From assembly GCA_946415265.1 (NCBI GenBank), contig CAMKRV010000001.1:18887-82886 (forward strand): DNA of 64,000 nucleotides. Direction: 5' to 3'. Each line of letters starts with the position of its first letter. Position 1 is the stretch's first letter. The notes under the pieces were generated by a model. It saw only the letters and a program-made list of their open reading frames with translations. It did no database searches and was not told the DNA's origin. Made by a program: the position numbers and the translations under genes. The DNA is from an uncultured Candidatus Saccharibacteria bacterium (GTDB lineage Bacteria > Patescibacteriota > Saccharimonadia > Saccharimonadales > Saccharimonadaceae). Below are positions 1 through 11,162 of this stretch, in pieces.

Positions 1-1
1 A

Positions 2-655
2 AATATTGTAAAAAATACAACACTCCCTAGCCTACTAGACATCCTCGCACCTCACTCTTGTAGAGGTTGTGGCCATATCGGTAGCGTCTTGTGTAACCGT
101 TGTAAAAATAACATCATTTTAGAAAATTCCGACATCAAAATTAAAACTCCCAAATCTTTTCCGCCAATCTTTGTCGCCGGTCAACGAATTAGTCTTCTAG
201 ATAATCTAATTCAAGATTTAAAATATCATTCCGTCCGCGCCGTCGCTAAAACTTTAGCAATTCTTCTCCATCAAACCCTCCCACACTTTGAGCCATCAAC
301 AACAATCGTTCCGCTCCCCACTATTAGCAAACATATTCGTAGCCGCGGCCTAGATCATACCCTATTAATCTCCAAACATTTCGCCAAAATACGTCACTTC
401 AAAGTAGAAAAACTCTTAATTCGTAACCAAAACACCGTGCAAGTTGGCGCAGACCGCCAGACACGCATCAAACAAGCAACCAAAGCCTACTCAATCAATC
501 CTTCCATCAAAGTCAATCCAAATACCACCTATATACTTTTTGATGACGTTTGGACTACCGGCGCCAGTATGAAAGCTGCCGTCAAAAAACTCCGGCAAGC
601 CGGAGCCAAGAAAATCATTGTAGCAATCCTAGCCGTGAGTAACATCAACCAGTAA
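2..655 (+). CDS. comF: ComF family phosphoribosyltransferase-like competence protein (5' end runs off window)
   Basis: Frame open from position 2: ...LLDILAPHSCRGC...LCNRC zinc ribbon, RSRGLDH, and PRTase motif ILFDDVWTTGAS. Confidence 0.85.
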   Translation, partial: NIVKNTTLPSLLDILAPHSCRGCGHIGSVLCNRCKNNIILENSDIKIKTPKSFPPIFVAGQRISLLDNLIQDLKYHSVRAVAKTLAILLHQTLPHFEPSTTIVPLPTISKHIRSRGLDHTLLISKHFAKIRHFKVEKLLIRNQNTVQVGADRQTRIKQATKAYSINPSIKVNPNTTYILFDDVWTTGASMKAAVKKLRQAGAKKIIVAILAVSNINQ

Positions 656-1048
656 AGCTGTTTCCTTTTTATCAGTGGAACTCGGCAAGGCCGAAATCAC
701 AAAGTTCACAATCGCAAACGCCAAAAACGCTATCACTAAACCAATGATCGCATAGAGCACCGTATTTTTGGCATCCGTTACTTTCTTCGCATCGCCCCCC
801 GATGTTACATAGCGAATACCGCCGATAATTAACATAATCACCGCAATAATACCTACGATATAAAGAATTGTATTTGTCACTTGTTTGAATACGCCATTAT
901 CGCCAAACAAATCTCTCGGGCACTCATCACATCGTGCTGCTTCTGCACCCTCTCGCAAAGTTAGTGCTGATACACTGTTAGAGGCCACAGCTACCACAGC
1001 TACCACCATTATCAACATTGGTAATACAATTTTTAAAATCTTTTTCAT
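629..1048 (-). CDS. VirB2/TrbC-like pilin (CPR-type T4SS pilin)
   Basis: Signal peptide, two hydrophobic helices joined by GGIRYVTSGGDAKKVTDAKNTVLYAIIGL; start 1048 follows TGGTATAAT. Confidence 0.8.
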   Translation of the reverse strand: MKKILKIVLPMLIMVVAVVAVASNSVSALTLREGAEAARCDECPRDLFGDNGVFKQVTNTILYIVGIIAVIMLIIGGIRYVTSGGDAKKVTDAKNTVLYAIIGLVIAFLAFAIVNFVISALPSSTDKKETALLVDVTHG

Positions 1049-1178
1049 ACTGCAATTATACCACATATTCCAAGATATTCAATTTTCAAATATCAAAAAA
1101 TGTTTCAGAATTCATCTCCAAAACATTTTCTAAGAACATCTTCTTTGCTAAACTTTCTTATACAGAAGTTTATGATAC

Positions 1179-1271
1179 TGGCGGAGGGTGAGGGATTTGA
1201 ACCCTCGCTCCAGGTTGCCCCAGACTAACTCGTTAGCAATGAGTCCCCTTCGACCACTTGGGTAACCCTCC
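1179..1271 (-). tRNA. tRNA-Ser(GCT)
   Basis: Reverse complement GGAGGGTTACCCAAGTGG...ACTCATT-GCT-AACGAGT, long variable arm, GGTTCAAATCC, encoded CCA. Confidence 0.93.
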
Positions 1272-1342
1272 AGCTCCTTTCATTTTACCACATTTCTCAA
1301 TTTTTTCCCACATCCATTTTTTTATGTTAAAATAAAGTTATT

Positions 1343-1810
1343 ATGGCAAAAGCTATTCAAACTGTCTCTTGGCAAGCAGAAGAATACATAGAACGTGATC
1401 GTAATATATGGTGGTATGTAGGCCTTTTCGCCATAGGCATTGGCTTATGCGTACTGTCATTTTTCCTACGCTGGTGGTCATTTATCGCGTTAATCGTAGT
1501 TTGTATAATCGCGATTTTAGTAAGCTCTGCTCGCCCGCCACGTAAAATCAACTATACTTTAGATAAAGACGGTCTCACCGAAGGCGGTAAGCTCCATAAA
1601 TATGATGAATTCCGTGCCTTCGGCATCCTCAAAGAAGGTTCGCATTTTTCGGCCGTGTTAATTCCTAAAAAACGTTTTGCCTTGCAGGTTAAAGTTTATT
1701 TCCCTGGCGGCAGCGGTGAAGCCATCGTCGATGCACTAGGTGCACGTCTCCCCATGGAAGAAGTAAAACTTGATTTCCTGGATAAGATCGTCAATTTCTT
1801 GCGTATTTAA
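1343..1810 (+). CDS. Conserved hypothetical membrane protein (two TM helices plus soluble domain)
   Basis: ORF track; TGTTAAAAT just upstream of ATG. Confidence 0.7.
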   Translation: MAKAIQTVSWQAEEYIERDRNIWWYVGLFAIGIGLCVLSFFLRWWSFIALIVVCIIAILVSSARPPRKINYTLDKDGLTEGGKLHKYDEFRAFGILKEGSHFSAVLIPKKRFALQVKVYFPGGSGEAIVDALGARLPMEEVKLDFLDKIVNFLRI

Positions 1811-1858
1811 TAAATCTATGCTAATATAAACATAAGTTTAATATAAAAAGGTGGGCAA

Positions 1859-2473
1859 ATGGACCAAAATCAAACCGTAGACAACGATCTACAAAAAGCT
1901 ATTGACGACATCACTAATACTACTAATACTGACCCTGTTTTTTCCGATCCTGTCGCCGCGCCATCTTCAGTACCAGAAGGTGACACCGGTGAATTGGGCG
2001 AGCCAGTTGGGCCTTTTCCGGAACCAAAAGTAGAAATGGTCGCTCCAGCTCCAGAGCCTATTGCTCCATTTGAACCTATCGATATTCCAGAACTAAATGT
2101 TCCAGCTCCAGAACCGGCAACTATGCCGCCCATGCCACAATCAGCCCCAGAACCGGTCGCCCCAGCACCAGTCATTCCGGAGCCAACCCCGGTCGTTCCA
2201 GAACCAACTCCAGCCCCCGTTCAGTCAATGTTCAATTCTTCCAATTTAAACACTCGTCAAGTTAAAGAAGCCGCCCTGCGCGATTTAATTCCACTATTAG
2301 ATCGCCTCAATATGACACCTTCACAAAAGTTTAATATCTGCCGCAATATCTTTGAGGATTTGCGCGACTACACAGTACTAGAGCAAGCCTACCGTGCCGC
2401 TACGGAAATCGCTAACGAAACCGAACGCGCCGAAGCCCTTCTCTACTTAGTAGAGTCCATTGATAAAATGTAA
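1859..2473 (+). CDS. Pro/Glu-rich hypothetical protein with helical C-terminal domain
   Basis: ORF track; APEP/PEPT low-complexity core; followed by terminator. Confidence 0.7.
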   Translation: MDQNQTVDNDLQKAIDDITNTTNTDPVFSDPVAAPSSVPEGDTGELGEPVGPFPEPKVEMVAPAPEPIAPFEPIDIPELNVPAPEPATMPPMPQSAPEPVAPAPVIPEPTPVVPEPTPAPVQSMFNSSNLNTRQVKEAALRDLIPLLDRLNMTPSQKFNICRNIFEDLRDYTVLEQAYRAATEIANETERAEALLYLVESIDKM

Positions 2474-2487
2474 ATTTTTCGCCTCCG

Positions 2488-2517
2488 CAAAACAATCCCG
2501 TTGGGGTTGTTTTGTTT
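2488..2517 (+). terminator. Intrinsic terminator
   Basis: CAAAACAATCCC-GTT-GGGGTTGTTTTG followed by T-run. Confidence 0.7.
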
Positions 2518-2524
2518 TGGCACA

Positions 2525-2560
2525 AAAATTGAGTTAGAATTTACTTCCAACTCAATTTTT
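2525..2560 (-). terminator. Probable groEL terminator hairpin
   Basis: AAAAATTGAGTTAGAA...TTCCAACTCAATTTTT inverted repeat between convergent genes. Confidence 0.55.
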
Positions 2561-2604
2561 TAGCTAGCCTCTTTTATTAGACTTCTCTTCCTCGAATAAA
2601 AAGC

Positions 2605-4224
2605 CTAATACCCCATTCCGCCCATATCAGGAGTAGCTGGCTTCTCCTCCGGGATTTCACATATCAATGCACCCATCGTGATTGCAGTTGCCGCTATTGA
2701 AGTTGCATTTTTCACCGCTTCCTTCGTCACCTTCGCAGGATCAATTACGCCAGTCTTCTTAAGGTCCACCAAACCTTTCTCTGGCGCCATCACATTTATA
2801 CCAAATCCTACCTTACCAGATTTCTCCACTTCGGCTAGCAACGCTTGCGCATTAAGCCCAGCATTTTCCATAATGTGAATAAACGGTGCCCTTAGAGCAT
2901 TTTTCACAATCTTCGTACCGCTATCTTCTTCTTTTAATTTACCAGCCAAGTTCACTAGTGTCACACCACCACCAGCCACAATACCTTCAGCCAGCGCCGC
3001 CTTGGTAGCTGCTACCGCATCGTCCACCCGAAATTTCTTCTCATCAATTTCCGTTTCAGTAGCGCCCCCTACCTTAATTACCGCCACTTTGCCAGATAAT
3101 GCTGCTGCGCGCTTTTCAAATTCTTCTCGTTCATAATCAGATTTTGCCATTTCAGCCTGTGCATGGATCAATTCAATCCTCGCTGCTACAGCTTTAGCAT
3201 CACCGGCCCCCTTAATAATTGTCGTCTCGTCTTTTGTAGCGATCACTTTAGCCGCAGAACCTAATACTTCTAGACCCACCTCTTCTAGTTTCAATCCCTT
3301 ATCCGCTGAAACTACCGTCGCATCCGTCAAAATCGCAATATCCTCCATAATTTCTTTGCGGCGATCCCCAAATGACGGAGCTTTTAACACCAATGAATTG
3401 AATACGCCTTTAAGTTTATTTAGTACTAATAGCGACAAAGCCTCACCCTCCACTTCTTCAGCAATAATCACTAAATCCTTCTTGCCGGTCTGCGCTACTT
3501 TTTCCAACATAGGCAAAATGTCACTTGCCGCCGAAAGTTTTTTATCGGTAATTAGCACTAGTGGCTTCTCAAAAATCGCCTCTTGCCGGTTTACATCAGT
3601 CACAAAGAAAGGTGAGGAATAGCCCTTATCATAAGAAAATCCTTCTACAATTTCTTCTTCCATTTCCAAACCTTGTCCAGCTTCCACCGTCACTACACCG
3701 TCTTTACCAATCTTCGAAATTACTTCAGCAATTAGTTCACCAATTTTCTCATCCCCCGCTGAAATCGTCGCTACTTCTGCCACTTTTTTATCATCACCCT
3801 CAATCTTTTCAGCCATTTTATCAATTTCGGCAATAATTTCAGCGCCAGCTTTCTCAATTCCTCGCCTGAGCTCCATTGGGTTCACGCCAGCCGCGATTAG
3901 TTTATTTGCTTCGTTTAAAATATTGTATGTTAGCACCGTCACCGTAGTAGTACCATCACCAGCAACTTTGTTTAATTTCTGTGCTGCCGTTTTAATTAGT
4001 TTTGCACCTACCGCTTCACCTAGAGCTTCATCCTTATTAGGAAGCTCCACCGCCTCTGCCACCGTTACCCCGTCATGTGTAATCACTGGCGCGCCATATT
4101 CTTTCTCGATTATCACGTTCTTGCCTTTTGGCCCAAATGTCACTTTTACAGCATCATACAATTGTTTTGCACCAGACAACACTTTCTCGCGCGCTTCTGC
4201 TTCATAATATATTTTCTTTGCCAT
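2605..4224 (-). CDS. groL: Chaperonin GroEL
   Basis: TFGPKGKNV, AGDGTTT, GGMG tail. Confidence 0.98.
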   Translation of the reverse strand: MAKKIYYEAEAREKVLSGAKQLYDAVKVTFGPKGKNVIIEKEYGAPVITHDGVTVAEAVELPNKDEALGEAVGAKLIKTAAQKLNKVAGDGTTTVTVLTYNILNEANKLIAAGVNPMELRRGIEKAGAEIIAEIDKMAEKIEGDDKKVAEVATISAGDEKIGELIAEVISKIGKDGVVTVEAGQGLEMEEEIVEGFSYDKGYSSPFFVTDVNRQEAIFEKPLVLITDKKLSAASDILPMLEKVAQTGKKDLVIIAEEVEGEALSLLVLNKLKGVFNSLVLKAPSFGDRRKEIMEDIAILTDATVVSADKGLKLEEVGLEVLGSAAKVIATKDETTIIKGAGDAKAVAARIELIHAQAEMAKSDYEREEFEKRAAALSGKVAVIKVGGATETEIDEKKFRVDDAVAATKAALAEGIVAGGGVTLVNLAGKLKEEDSGTKIVKNALRAPFIHIMENAGLNAQALLAEVEKSGKVGFGINVMAPEKGLVDLKKTGVIDPAKVTKEAVKNATSIAATAITMGALICEIPEEKPATPDMGGMGY

Positions 4225-4272
4225 ATTTTCTCCTTCTAAAAGTTTTCCACAAGTTTTTCCACTAACTTATCC

Positions 4273-4527
4273 CTATAGAGTCGCCAAAACGTCTTCCTCT
4301 TTTAGGATAATGTAGTCTACATCGTCAATCTTTATTTCCGTTGTAGAATACTCCTTATAGACAATCTTGTCATCCTTTTTTACAGACTTCACTTCTGGCC
4401 CCACCGACTCTACCACTGCGTAAGCCGGTTTTTCCTTTGCTTCACCTAGTAATATTCCAGATTTTGTTTTTTCTAATGGCTTTTCCACTTTTGCCACTAC
4501 TCTGTCTTTCAACGGTTTTAATGCCAT
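4273..4527 (-). CDS. groS: Co-chaperonin GroES
   Basis: LKPLKDRV...TKSGILL...EEDVLA; adjacent to groEL. Confidence 0.96.
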   Translation of the reverse strand: MALKPLKDRVVAKVEKPLEKTKSGILLGEAKEKPAYAVVESVGPEVKSVKKDDKIVYKEYSTTEIKIDDVDYIILKEEDVLATL

Positions 4528-4549
4528 ATTTTTCTCCTTTTCTGCCCCT

Positions 4550-4591
4550 ATTATAGCACAAAAATTAGCACTTACAACCCCCGAGTGCTAA
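4550..4591 (-). promoter_or_regulatory. groESL promoter (extended -10 TGCTATAAT) with CIRCE operator (HrcA site)
   Basis: TTAGCACTT-N9-GAGTGCTAA at 4565-4591, one mismatch to CIRCE consensus TTAGCACTC-N9-GAGTGCTAA. Confidence 0.88.
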
Positions 4592-5157
4592 TTAATAAGT
4601 GGTAGCAACCTCAGTCTTATCGTCTTAGTTAAATACATTATATTATCAAGTAACTCCATCATCTCATCTTCTCTAAAACCTCTTTCGATCCATTCTTCGA
4701 TCAATCCCACAATTTCACCTACATACACCCTAAATACCCTCTCCAAATTACCATACAATTTATATTCTTCTTTCAGTTTCGGCACCAAAACTCCAACCAT
4801 TTTCATAATTATCGCCATCCTCTGATTTTCTAGAAAAATTGCAAAAGCTTCTTTATTTTTTAGAATAAAAATTAACAATCTATAATAAATTACCCTTATA
4901 GATACGTTATTTTTGTTCAACATTTCACACATAAAACTCTCATATTCTATCAGAATATATTCTTCATAATCGGTCACGATTCCATATATTGTTTTATGAT
5001 GACGGTAAAAAGTCGCCTTATCCACATCGGCCTTTCTCGCCAACTCCGTTACACTTAATCTATCCCGCCCGCAATCAAAAAAGGCCTTTAATATGGCCTC
5101 TTCATTTTTTCGGAAACGAGCATCCTCCAGCTTCTTTTTCGTCAGCCGAGTACTCAT
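4588..5157 (-). CDS. TetR/AcrR family transcriptional regulator
   Basis: HTH LSVTELARKADVDKATFYRHH. Confidence 0.88.
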   Translation of the reverse strand: MSTRLTKKKLEDARFRKNEEAILKAFFDCGRDRLSVTELARKADVDKATFYRHHKTIYGIVTDYEEYILIEYESFMCEMLNKNNVSIRVIYYRLLIFILKNKEAFAIFLENQRMAIIMKMVGVLVPKLKEEYKLYGNLERVFRVYVGEIVGLIEEWIERGFREDEMMELLDNIMYLTKTIRLRLLPLIN

Positions 5158-5170
5158 AACTTTTATTATA

Positions 5171-5782
5171 CTACTGACGTATTATTATTAAACTCTCATA
5201 TTGTTCTGATTTATATTTTTTGTCCTCTAGCCACTCATCTACCGCCTTCATTACCCCCGGCAAGGCTGGATTATAATAGTCATGCACCAAAATCACTCCA
5301 CCTTGCATTATTTCACCTTCAATCAATTTTAAAGAATCTTTAATAGATTCGTAAAAATCGCCATCTAAAAATGCAAAAGCAATCTTATCCGGAAGATCCG
5401 CTTCATACAAATCCTTAAACCACGCTTTTTTAATAACTGGTACCGGTAATCCCGCCCGCAAAAATCTCTCCTTGACCTCCCTTTTCGTCACTAATAACTC
5501 TCCGTCTTTAAAATCTTGTCCAAGTGCCGACTCATCTACCACGCTTTTTTCTGGTAATCCCTCAAAAGAATCATAAATCCATAACTTTTTCACAGAGTTT
5601 TCCACAGGTTTTTCCACAAGTTTAGTATTAAAATCCCGTAGAACTTCTGCCAAAAGCAGTGATGTATCGCCTTTATAACAACCCAATTCCACAAAGTCCC
5701 CCTCTACCGCAAGACATCCTCTAGCGACTTTCAAAATCTTCTCCGTCTCCCTTTCGGAAACTTGATCATTTTTCCAAACCAT
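5171..5782 (-). CDS. TylF/MycF family O-methyltransferase
   Basis: GDFVELGCYKG, YDSFEGLP, AFAFLDGDFYES, VHDY. Confidence 0.88.
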   Translation of the reverse strand: MVWKNDQVSERETEKILKVARGCLAVEGDFVELGCYKGDTSLLLAEVLRDFNTKLVEKPVENSVKKLWIYDSFEGLPEKSVVDESALGQDFKDGELLVTKREVKERFLRAGLPVPVIKKAWFKDLYEADLPDKIAFAFLDGDFYESIKDSLKLIEGEIMQGGVILVHDYYNPALPGVMKAVDEWLEDKKYKSEQYESLIIIRQ

Positions 5783-5855
5783 TATTATTTATCCTTTATT
5801 TTACTACCCATCCACAATCATCTTTATTATCTCTCAAACAAATCACACAAAAAAA

Positions 5856-8780
5856 CTATAACATCTTTCTTAAATATTCCCCAGTTGGCGTGTTGGCCTT
5901 CTTCGCCAAATCCTCCGGAGTGCCCTCTGCACATACCATACCACCCTTTAAGCCACCTTCTGGCCCCATATCTATCACCCAGTCTGCTGATTTTATCATA
6001 TGCAAATTATGTTCAATAATCACCATCGAATTACCGCCATCCACTAATCTGTTCAATATCGCCAACAATCTTTTTACATCGTCCGTATGTAGTCCAGTCG
6101 TTGGCTCGTCCAAAATATACAAAGTCTTACCCGTAGAACGCCGCGCCAATTCCGTTGCTAATTTAATTCTTTGTGCTTCACCACCACTAAATGTCGTCGC
6201 TGGCTGGCCCAGTCTTATGTATCCAAGCCCCACTTCTTGTATTGTTTTTAATTTTGGCGCAATAGACGGAATATTCGCAAAAAACTCCACCGCTTCATCA
6301 ATCGTCATATCTAATACTTGCGAAATATCTTTGCCTTTATATTTAATCTCCAACGCCTCCGCATTATACCGTCTACCGTGACACTTCGGGCACGTCACGT
6401 ATACATCCGGCAAAAAGTGCATTTCAATTTTATTCACACCATCACCCTGGCAATTCTCACACCGCCCACCTTTCACATTAAAGCTAAATCTACCCGCCTT
6501 ATAGCCTCGCACTTCTGCTTCCGGCTGCGCCGCAAAAAGCTCCCGAATTGCCGTAAACACCCCGGTGTATGTAGCAGGATTACTTCTTGGTGTTCGTCCA
6601 ATCGGGCTCTGATCAATCACGATCACCTTATTAATTTTTTCAATCCCCTCAATTTTCTCATGCGTACCACTTACGGTTTGTGCCCGATGTAGTCTCGCCA
6701 AAAGCTCGTTCGCCAAAATACCATTCACTAATGTAGATTTGCCACTTCCGGACACCCCAGACACTACCGTCATTACGCCTAGCGGAAAATGTACATCTAT
6801 ATTTTTTAAATTATTCTCACGTGCTCCCACCACTACTAATTCTTGTCCTTTTTTAATTTTCCGGCGTTTTTTAGGCGTATCAATTTTCATTTCACCAGAA
6901 AGGTATTTTCCAGTAATTGAATTTGGGTTCTGCATGATCTCTTCCGGCGTCCCCGCCGCTACTAGTAAACCACCCTTTGCTCCTGCCCCCGGCCCAATGT
7001 CCACAATATAATCCGATGCCAACATAGTATCCTCATCATGCTCTACCACCAGTACTGTATTTTTTAAATCACGCAAATGTTTCAAAGTTGCAATTAATTT
7101 ATCATTGTCCCGCTGATGTAGTCCAATAGACGGCTCATCCAAAACATACAGCACACCCTGTAACCCAGATCCAATCTGAGTTGCCAATCTAATTCTTTGC
7201 GCCTCACCACCGGAAAGGGTATTGGCTGCTCGCCCTAGCTCCAAATATCCCAACCCCACGTCTTGCATAAATTTCACTCGCTCACGAATTTCTTTCAAAA
7301 TCGGCTTCGCGATCAATTCTTCATCTTCACTAAAACCTAAATCTTGATTTAGTACTTCTAACGTTGCATCTACATCCAAATTACACATGTCTACAATATT
7401 AAGATCGTGCACCGTTACCGCTAGCACTGCCGGTTTCAGTCTCGCCCCATGACAAGTCTGACACTCCCGCACCCGCATAAAACGTTCAATATCATGTTTC
7501 ATAAATTCCGAAATTTTCGGATCGTTATATCTTCTTTCCAATGTTGGAATAACACCTTCATAAGTAGTCTGGTACACGGTCCCTTCTGCAAATCTACCGC
7601 TACCAGACACTTTCATTTCATATTTTTCGTCCCCTGTACCATACAATATAATATTCTTCATTTCATCAGATAGCTCGCCAATCGGCGTATATACATTAAA
7701 TCCATGTTTCACACCCACCTGCATCAGTCTTTTTAACCACCAAGAATCCTGCCCTACACGATTAAATGGCCTTATCCCACCTTCTGCAATCGTCAAATTA
7801 TTATTAAACACTAATCCAGGATCTATTTCCATCCTAGATCCCAGCCCAGTACAAGTCGGACAAGCCCCATCCGGTGCATTAAAACTAAATAACCGTGGCG
7901 TAAGTTCCGGAATCAATTCGTCTGGGTGATCCGGACAAGCATAACGTTGTGAATAAGTCAGTATTTCTGTATTTTCAGCCGTAATCTTATTTTCTCCCAC
8001 CGCAGTCGTCCGATCATTTATCTTCAAAAGTTGGATAATACCCTGCCCCATCTCCAATGCCTGTTCTATGGAACTACTAATTCTCGTTTTTAATTCCGGA
8101 TTTAACACAAATCTATCCACTACTATTTCTATATTATGCCGTTCATTTTTGTTGAGTTCCGGAAATTCATCTAGCGCATAAATTATTCCATCCACCCTCA
8201 CCCGCGAAAACCCTTTTGCCGAATATTGTTCTGAAATATGCAAAAATTCACCTTTTTTCGCACTCACAATCGGCGCTAGTAGCATCAATTTAGACCCTAA
8301 TGGCAACTTCATCACTTCATTCACAATATCTTCTACCGAACGCCGCGATACCAACTTATGACAAATCGGACAATGTGGCACTCCTACCCGTGCAAACAAA
8401 AGTCTTAAATAATCATACACCTCAGTTACCGTTGCCACTGTAGAACGCGGATTTCTGGAGGTAGATTTCTGATCAATCGATATCGCCGGCGAAAGCCCAG
8501 TAATAGAATCTACGTCCGGCTTATCCATAATCCCAAGAAACATCCGCGCATACGACGATAGCGATTCCACATATCTCCTCTGCCCTTCCGCATAAATCGT
8601 GTCAAAAGCAAGCGAAGATTTACCAGACCCAGAAAGCCCAGTAATAATTACTAATTTATCTCGCGGAATATCCACATCTATATCTTTTAGATTATTTTGT
8701 CTCGCTCCACGGATTTTTATTACATTATCGTTTCCAAAAATTTCCCCCTCAATCTTCTGTATTTTTTCATCTTCGCTCAT
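5856..8780 (-). CDS. uvrA: Excinuclease ABC subunit A
   Basis: Two Walker A motifs ([18 protein letters not shown]), LSGGEAQR signatures, zinc fingers. Confidence 0.98.
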   Translation of the reverse strand: MSEDEKIQKIEGEIFGNDNVIKIRGARQNNLKDIDVDIPRDKLVIITGLSGSGKSSLAFDTIYAEGQRRYVESLSSYARMFLGIMDKPDVDSITGLSPAISIDQKSTSRNPRSTVATVTEVYDYLRLLFARVGVPHCPICHKLVSRRSVEDIVNEVMKLPLGSKLMLLAPIVSAKKGEFLHISEQYSAKGFSRVRVDGIIYALDEFPELNKNERHNIEIVVDRFVLNPELKTRISSSIEQALEMGQGIIQLLKINDRTTAVGENKITAENTEILTYSQRYACPDHPDELIPELTPRLFSFNAPDGACPTCTGLGSRMEIDPGLVFNNNLTIAEGGIRPFNRVGQDSWWLKRLMQVGVKHGFNVYTPIGELSDEMKNIILYGTGDEKYEMKVSGSGRFAEGTVYQTTYEGVIPTLERRYNDPKISEFMKHDIERFMRVRECQTCHGARLKPAVLAVTVHDLNIVDMCNLDVDATLEVLNQDLGFSEDEELIAKPILKEIRERVKFMQDVGLGYLELGRAANTLSGGEAQRIRLATQIGSGLQGVLYVLDEPSIGLHQRDNDKLIATLKHLRDLKNTVLVVEHDEDTMLASDYIVDIGPGAGAKGGLLVAAGTPEEIMQNPNSITGKYLSGEMKIDTPKKRRKIKKGQELVVVGARENNLKNIDVHFPLGVMTVVSGVSGSGKSTLVNGILANELLARLHRAQTVSGTHEKIEGIEKINKVIVIDQSPIGRTPRSNPATYTGVFTAIRELFAAQPEAEVRGYKAGRFSFNVKGGRCENCQGDGVNKIEMHFLPDVYVTCPKCHGRRYNAEALEIKYKGKDISQVLDMTIDEAVEFFANIPSIAPKLKTIQEVGLGYIRLGQPATTFSGGEAQRIKLATELARRSTGKTLYILDEPTTGLHTDDVKRLLAILNRLVDGGNSMVIIEHNLHMIKSADWVIDMGPEGGLKGGMVCAEGTPEDLAKKANTPTGEYLRKML

Positions 8781-8855
8781 CTAAAATCTCTCTTATAAAC
8801 GCATATATTATAACCCAAAACCCAGAAAAAGTCCAGCCTATGATATAATCAAATC

Positions 8856-9374
8856 ATGGGCAGCGAGGAAACAAGCATCAAAGAAACCACGGACATCAAA
8901 GATGTCAAAACTTCCAAACACGCCGCACGCTATCTAATCGTAGGCATCTGTGTTACTATTTTCAATTACGTACTTTTTGCAATTTTATCGAACCTCATTA
9001 TCCAAAATAATGATTTACTCTGGCTTTCTTCCCTAATTGCTACCGTCATCACCACTATTGTAGCCTATATCGCTCATTCGAAAATCACTTGGAAAGAACG
9101 CATCGTTACTAAACATTCAATTATGCGTTTTTTTATTTGGAATGCATTACTTGCCATCGTTATCAGTCCAGCACTTACTCAACTTTTTAGTCTTATCACC
9201 TCACTTTACGAATTTGCCTTCAATATCACCTCAGCCATTAATCTGCCCTTTACTTATGAATTTGTCCTTACTACTGGATCATTTGCCCTCACGTCTATAG
9301 TCATCATGATTCTCAATTTCCTCTTTTACGATAAATTCGTTTTTGGCAAAAAGAAAGTCTCCAATGAAAAATAA
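8856..9374 (+). CDS. GtrA family flippase-like membrane protein
   Basis: RYLIVGICVTIFNY...ILNFLFYDKFVF pattern, four TM helices. Confidence 0.8.
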   Translation: MGSEETSIKETTDIKDVKTSKHAARYLIVGICVTIFNYVLFAILSNLIIQNNDLLWLSSLIATVITTIVAYIAHSKITWKERIVTKHSIMRFFIWNALLAIVISPALTQLFSLITSLYEFAFNITSAINLPFTYEFVLTTGSFALTSIVIMILNFLFYDKFVFGKKKVSNEK

Positions 9375-10320
9375 TCCCCTCATTTCTGTTGTTGTCCCAA
9401 TATACAATACCAGCAAGCATCTCCCGCGTTGCCTAAACTCCATTATTAATCAAACCTATAAAAATCTAGAAATAATATGCATCAACGACGGCTCCACCGA
9501 TAATTCCGCCAACATCCTAAAACAATACGCAAAAAAAGACCCTCGCATTAAAATCACTACTCAAAAAAACGCCGGCCTTTCAGCCGCCCGCAACACTGGC
9601 ATCATAAAATCCACCGGCAAATATATTACTTTCATAGATTCAGATGATGAAATCTCACATAATATGCTAGAAAAACTTCTTGTCTCTCTCCAAGAAAACG
9701 ATGCCGATATCTCCGTCTGTTCGTTCAAAGAAATATACCCCGATGGCAAAATCACCCATTTCAATAAAGTTTCTTCCGCTCAAACCTACACTACAGAGCA
9801 ATCTCTAAAAGCCATGTTGCAAGAACAAGGCTTTATGCTCTCCGCCACCATGAAATTGTTCCCCACAACATACTTTAAAAATATTCAATTTCCTATAGGT
9901 AAACTTCACGAAGACATTGGCACTACTTACAAACTCATCATGAGGGCTCGCCGAGTAACTTTTGTTCCAGAAGAATTATATTTTTACCACCATCACGGAG
10001 AATCTATCACTTCTAAAAAGTTCGACAAGCGAAAACTAGGCATTATAGCCCTAACCGATCAAATGTGCAAAGATATTGATACTAAATACCCTACTTTAAA
10101 AAACATTACCAACGAGCGCCGCATGCGTGCCAGGTTCTCCGTTCTTCGCCAAATCCCAACCAACAATCCCGAAACCAAAAAAATCCTTCAATATCTAAGA
10201 ACCCATAAATCATATATCACTAAAAATCCCGAAGCCACCAAAACAGACAAATTCGCTCTCGCCCTCGCACTATTCAATCCAAAATTATTTCAGCTCGCCT
10301 ACAAAATTAAGAAATCCTAG
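9364..10320 (+). CDS. Glycosyltransferase family 2
   Basis: ISVVVPIYN, INDGSTD, GLSAARN, FIDSDD. Confidence 0.92.
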   Translation: MKNNPLISVVVPIYNTSKHLPRCLNSIINQTYKNLEIICINDGSTDNSANILKQYAKKDPRIKITTQKNAGLSAARNTGIIKSTGKYITFIDSDDEISHNMLEKLLVSLQENDADISVCSFKEIYPDGKITHFNKVSSAQTYTTEQSLKAMLQEQGFMLSATMKLFPTTYFKNIQFPIGKLHEDIGTTYKLIMRARRVTFVPEELYFYHHHGESITSKKFDKRKLGIIALTDQMCKDIDTKYPTLKNITNERRMRARFSVLRQIPTNNPETKKILQYLRTHKSYITKNPEATKTDKFALALALFNPKLFQLAYKIKKS

Positions 10321-11116
10321 CTTTTAACCATGAAGCTCTCCATTTCAAATATATTAACTTAAGTAGCACTTTCTCGCTAAAACTATTTTTCTTCCCCACC
10401 CATTTTTTTAAATTCCTATAACATTTTTGCCAGTTACTCCATACACCTACAGCTTTCGCCGCCGTGCTAGTCTCCGTCCCAACATTATATATATATAACG
10501 GTTCTAAAATAAACCTTATTTCTCCATCTTTTTTCTTCAGATAATCCAGCACAAATTTAGTATCTTCACCATAATCCATTTTTTCATCAAATCGCAAATT
10601 ATACTTTCGTATTATACTTGCATCAAAAATTTTATTAAATGCTGGATACATTCTTCCATCAGCCAAAAGACTTCTAAGCACATACTTTTCCAAAGATTCC
10701 CCCCGCCCTCTTTCAAAAGATTGCATATATAATTCTTCAGCCGTATTTTTCCTTTTGTATACAATACCAGAGGACACCAACGCCGTATCACTAATTTTTA
10801 CCTTATTTACCATTTTTCCAATAAAGCTTCTCTCTACATCATCATCCGAATCTATAAACAATAAATAGTCTCCCGTAGCTCTTTCTATTCCAAAATTTCT
10901 CGCCGCACTCGGTCCTTCATTTTTTTTACTGAACAATCTTATTTTTTTATCTTTAATGCTTTCTAGTATTTCGTAAGAACCATCTCCCGAACCATCATCC
11001 ACCAAAATTACTTCCACCTTTTTATAATCGCTACTTAGTATTCTGTCCAATAGTTTTTTTGCTTTAAGCCCAGTATTATATACAGGTATAATTATAGACA
11101 CAAGTGGTAAATCCAT
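10307..11116 (-). CDS. Glycosyltransferase family 2
   Basis: VSIIIPVYN, VDDGSGD, GPSAARN, FIDSDD. Confidence 0.92.
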   Translation of the reverse strand: MDLPLVSIIIPVYNTGLKAKKLLDRILSSDYKKVEVILVDDGSGDGSYEILESIKDKKIRLFSKKNEGPSAARNFGIERATGDYLLFIDSDDDVERSFIGKMVNKVKISDTALVSSGIVYKRKNTAEELYMQSFERGRGESLEKYVLRSLLADGRMYPAFNKIFDASIIRKYNLRFDEKMDYGEDTKFVLDYLKKKDGEIRFILEPLYIYNVGTETSTAAKAVGVWSNWQKCYRNLKKWVGKKNSFSEKVLLKLIYLKWRASWLKARIS

Positions 11117-11162
11117 ACTCACAATTATACATTAAAAGCAAAATATGATAAAATTATTGAAT

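Noticed and set aside
1859-2250. CCAGCTCCAGA-type repeats as a DNA repeat element
   Set aside because: Explained by Pro/Ala/Glu low-complexity protein sequence.
7960-8030. Short extra segment in UvrA ([16 protein letters not shown]) as another palindromic insertion
   Set aside because: No clear inverted repeat in the DNA, and this loop is naturally variable in UvrA.
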